Part shown: in pieces, positions 61,301 through 64,000 of the stretch
How the letters are laid out: each line of letters opens with the position of its first letter
Position numbering within the stretch: the stretch's first letter is position 1
DNA from: Cyanophora paradoxa CCMP329
Taxonomy: Eukaryota; Plantae; Glaucophyta
NCBI GenBank assembly: GCA_004431415.1
Contig: QPMI01000099.1
Coordinates: 1-64,000 of the forward strand
Length of the DNA: 64,000 nucleotides
Direction of reading: 5' to 3'
Position numbers and translations under genes: made by a program
Notes under the pieces: generated by a model
Database searches by the model: none
Seen by the model: only the letters and a program-made list of their open reading frames with translations
What the model was told of the DNA's origin: nothing

Positions 61301-64000
61301 CCGGGCTGGTGGCGAATCAGACATCCGAAGCTTCGGCAAAACGTTTCCGGACGGTATTTGAATGGTGCTGACCTTGGCCGAGACGAGCGCCGGATTGGGA
61401 GGCGAGGTTGCCGGGAACGTGATGCGCTCGGGCGACTTGATGGGAGCCGGCACGCCCGTCGAGCCGACGGCGGTGATGGCGACCTTGCTAGTCCAGATGT
61501 GCGCCTGCGAAAGAACGGGTTCCGCGTGGGTTGTTACCCGATTCCTAATCGATCAAGGTACAGCACATTCATCTATAAACTGTCTTTAATGCTAGAATTA
61601 CGGATCTAGAGTTTCTCACGTTCTTGATCGTGATCGGCTCGAAGGCTGCGGGGGAGTCCGCGCTCTCCAGGAGCAGGTCGTTCAGGACGTCCAGCAGGAA
61701 CGGAGGGCTCTGGGTCTTCTCCGGGAACTCCGGTGCCGCTGCAAGGACGCAGGACGGCGTCAGCTGCCACAGACACGTGCGCTCGAGATGCAGAACTTGA
61801 CAGATTCGCGCACTGAACGTGATGGTCTTATCGTTGAAGATCTTAGGATCGATGGTCTCGAGCTTGCCGGTGTCCTTCACGAGCCAGACCTTGATGGGCT
61901 TGCCGACAGGGAAGTTGACACCCGTGATAGAGAACAATTCTCCGCCGGGCTGGTGGCGAATCAGACATCCGAAGCTTCGGCAAAAGGTTTCCGGACGGTA
62001 TTTGAATGGTGCTGACCTTGGCCGAGACGAGCGCCGGATTGGGAGGCGAGGTTGCCGGGAACGTAATGCGCTCGGGCGACTTGATGGGAGCCGGCACGCC
62101 CGTCGAGCCGACGGCGGTGATGGCGACCTTGCTAGTCCAGATGTGCGCCTGCGAAAGAACGGGTTCCGCGTGGGTTGTTACCCGATTCCTACTCGATCAA
62201 GGTACAGCACATTCATCTATAAACTGTCTTTAATGCTAGAATTACGGATCTAGAGTTTCTCACGTTCTTGATCGTGATCGGCTCGAAGGCTGCGGGGAGT
62301 CCGCGCTCTCCAGGAGCAGGTCGTTGAGGACGTCCAGCAGGAACGGAGGGCTCTGGGTCTTCTCCGGGAACTCCGGTGCCGCTGCAAGGACGCAGGACGG
62401 CGTCAGCTGCCACAGACACGTGCGCTCGAGATGCGTAACGCGACAAATCCACGCACTGAACGTGATGGTCTTATCGTTGAAGATCTTAGGATTGATAGTC
62501 TCGAGCTTGCCGGTGTCCTTCACGAGCCAGATCTTGATGGGCTTGCCGACAGGGAAGTTGACACCCGTGATAGAGAACAATTCACCGCCGGGCTGGTGGC
62601 GAATCAGACATCCGAAGCTTCGGCAAAGGGTTTCCGGACGGTATTTGAATGGTGCTGACCTTGGCCGAGAAGAGCGCCGGATTGGGAGGCGAGGTTGCCG
62701 GGAACGTAATGCGCTCGGGCGACTTGATGGGAGCCGGCACGCCCGTCGAGCCGACGGCGGTGATGGCGACCTTGCTAGTCCAGATGTGCGCCTGCGAAAG
62801 AACGGGTTCCGCGTGGGTTGTTACCCGATTCCTACTCGTTCAAGACAGCATATTAATCTATAAACTGTCTTTAATGCTAGAATTACGGATCTAAGATTTT
62901 CTCACATTCTTGATCGTGATCGGCTCGAAGGCTGCGGGGGAGTCCGCGCTCTCCAGGAGCAGGTCGTTGAGGATGTCCAGCAGGAACGGAGGGCTCTGGG
63001 TCTTCTCCGGGAACTCCGGTGCCGCTGCAAGGACGCAGGACGGCGTCAGCTGCCACGGACACGTACGCTCGAGATGCGGAACTGGACAGATTCGCGCACT
63101 GAACGTGATGGTCTTATCGTTGAAGATCTTAGGATCGATGGTCTCGAGCTTGCCGGTGTCCTTCACGAGCCAGAGTTTGATGGGCTTGCCGACAGGGAAG
63201 TTGACACCCGTGATTGAGAACAATTCACCGCCGGGCTGGATGCGAATCAGAGATCGGAATTTTCAGCAGAACGACGCCATTTTAGCCATGCTGACCTTGG
63301 CCGAGACGAGCGCCGGATTGGAAGGCGAGGTTGCCGGGAAGTCAATAAGCCCTGGAGACCTAATGGGAGCTGGCACGCCCGTCGAGCCGACGGCGGTGAT
63401 GGCGACCTTGCTAGTCCAGATATGCGCCTGCGAAGGAAACGGGTTCGCGTAGTTTCTTTCACACATTTCCGAACACTAAAACCCAGGGCATGCATCTATA
63501 AACCCATCTTGGGAGGTAAATTTGCGGATCTAGAGTTTCTCACGTTCTTGATCGTGATCGGGTCGAAGGCTGCGGGGGAGTCTGCGCTCTCCAGAAGCAG
63601 GTCGTTCAGGACTTCCAGCAGGAACGGAGGGCTCTGGGTCGTCGCCGGGAACTCCGGTGCCGCTGCAAGGACGCAGGACGGCGTCAGCTGCCACGGACAC
63701 GCGCGCTAGAGATGCGTAACGCGACAAATCCACGCACTGAACGTGATGGTCTTATCGTTGAAGATCTTAGGATCGATGGTTGCGAGCTTGCCGGTGTCCT
63801 TCACGAGCCAGACCTTGATGGGCTTGCCGACAGGGAAGTCAACACCCGTGATAGAGAACAATTCACCGCCGGGCTGGATGCGAATCAGGCATCCGAAGTT
63901 TCGGCAAAAGGTTCCCGGGCGGTATTTGAATGCTACTGACCTTGGCCGAGACGAGCGCCGGATTGGGAGGCGAGGTTGCCGGGAAATTAATTAGCCCAGG
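52344..64000 (-). CDS. Giant IPT/TIG-repeat - TM - FN3 membrane protein, paralog 2 (5' partial; at least 14 repeats in window)
   Basis: Same exon cassettes on the minus strand, TM LGVILGTVIPIGLVALAAAGLAAA (~54300-54373), FN3-like exons and an identical C-terminus ...LVHSVQL* at 52344. There are two 1-bp homopolymer shifts (~59958, ~62295). Confidence 0.87.
57590..64000 (-). repeat. Tandem array of at least 10 homogenised 3-exon cassettes (~640-690 bp period), running off the window edge
   Basis: Exon A starts near 63427, 62790, 62147, 61503, 60836, 60157, 59491, 58847 and 58157, with a partial unit at the edge. Introns are near-identical between units. Confidence 0.93.

Noticed and set aside
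59950-62300. Frameshifts in paralog 2 (~59958, ~62295) as evidence of pseudogenisation or programmed frameshifting
   Set aside because: These are single-base losses in G/C homopolymers, typical of long-read consensus error; they cannot be called real without reads.
1-64000. Species assignment (style reminiscent of GC-rich algae such as glaucophytes)
   Set aside because: Impression only; there is no diagnostic marker I can verify without a database search.

Overview
Eukaryotic, GC-rich, intron-dense genomic DNA. Most introns are about 55-130 nt with GTGCG(C/T)/GTGAG donors, CTGAC/CTGAT branch sites and YAG acceptors, and several have GC donors. The style suggests a unicellular eukaryote (alga or protist); I cannot assign the taxon. 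Most long six-frame ORFs are spurious, so genes were reconstructed by hand from exon phases. Layout: (1) two convergent paralogs of a giant single-pass membrane protein at the window ends (<32-16838 on +, 52344->64000 on -). Each is a tandem array of ~130-aa IPT/TIG-like repeats encoded by an identical 3-exon cassette, then a TM helix, a Gly-rich linker and about 5 FN3-like repeats. (2) A 2.17-kb poly(A)-tailed, TSD-flanked non-autonomous retroposon with an internal GC-rich VNTR, inserted in one repeat exon. (3) A multi-exon gene of unknown function (19220-23841, -). (4) A near-identical 5951-bp tandem duplication carrying a WD40/coiled-coil/C-terminal RING gene and a truncated kinase pseudogene. 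(5) A putative tandem pseudokinase + NEK-like kinase gene (36610-40532, -). (6) A K+-independent (AVP2-type) membrane H+-pyrophosphatase gene (41100-49043, +). No tRNA, rRNA or CRISPR array was recognised.
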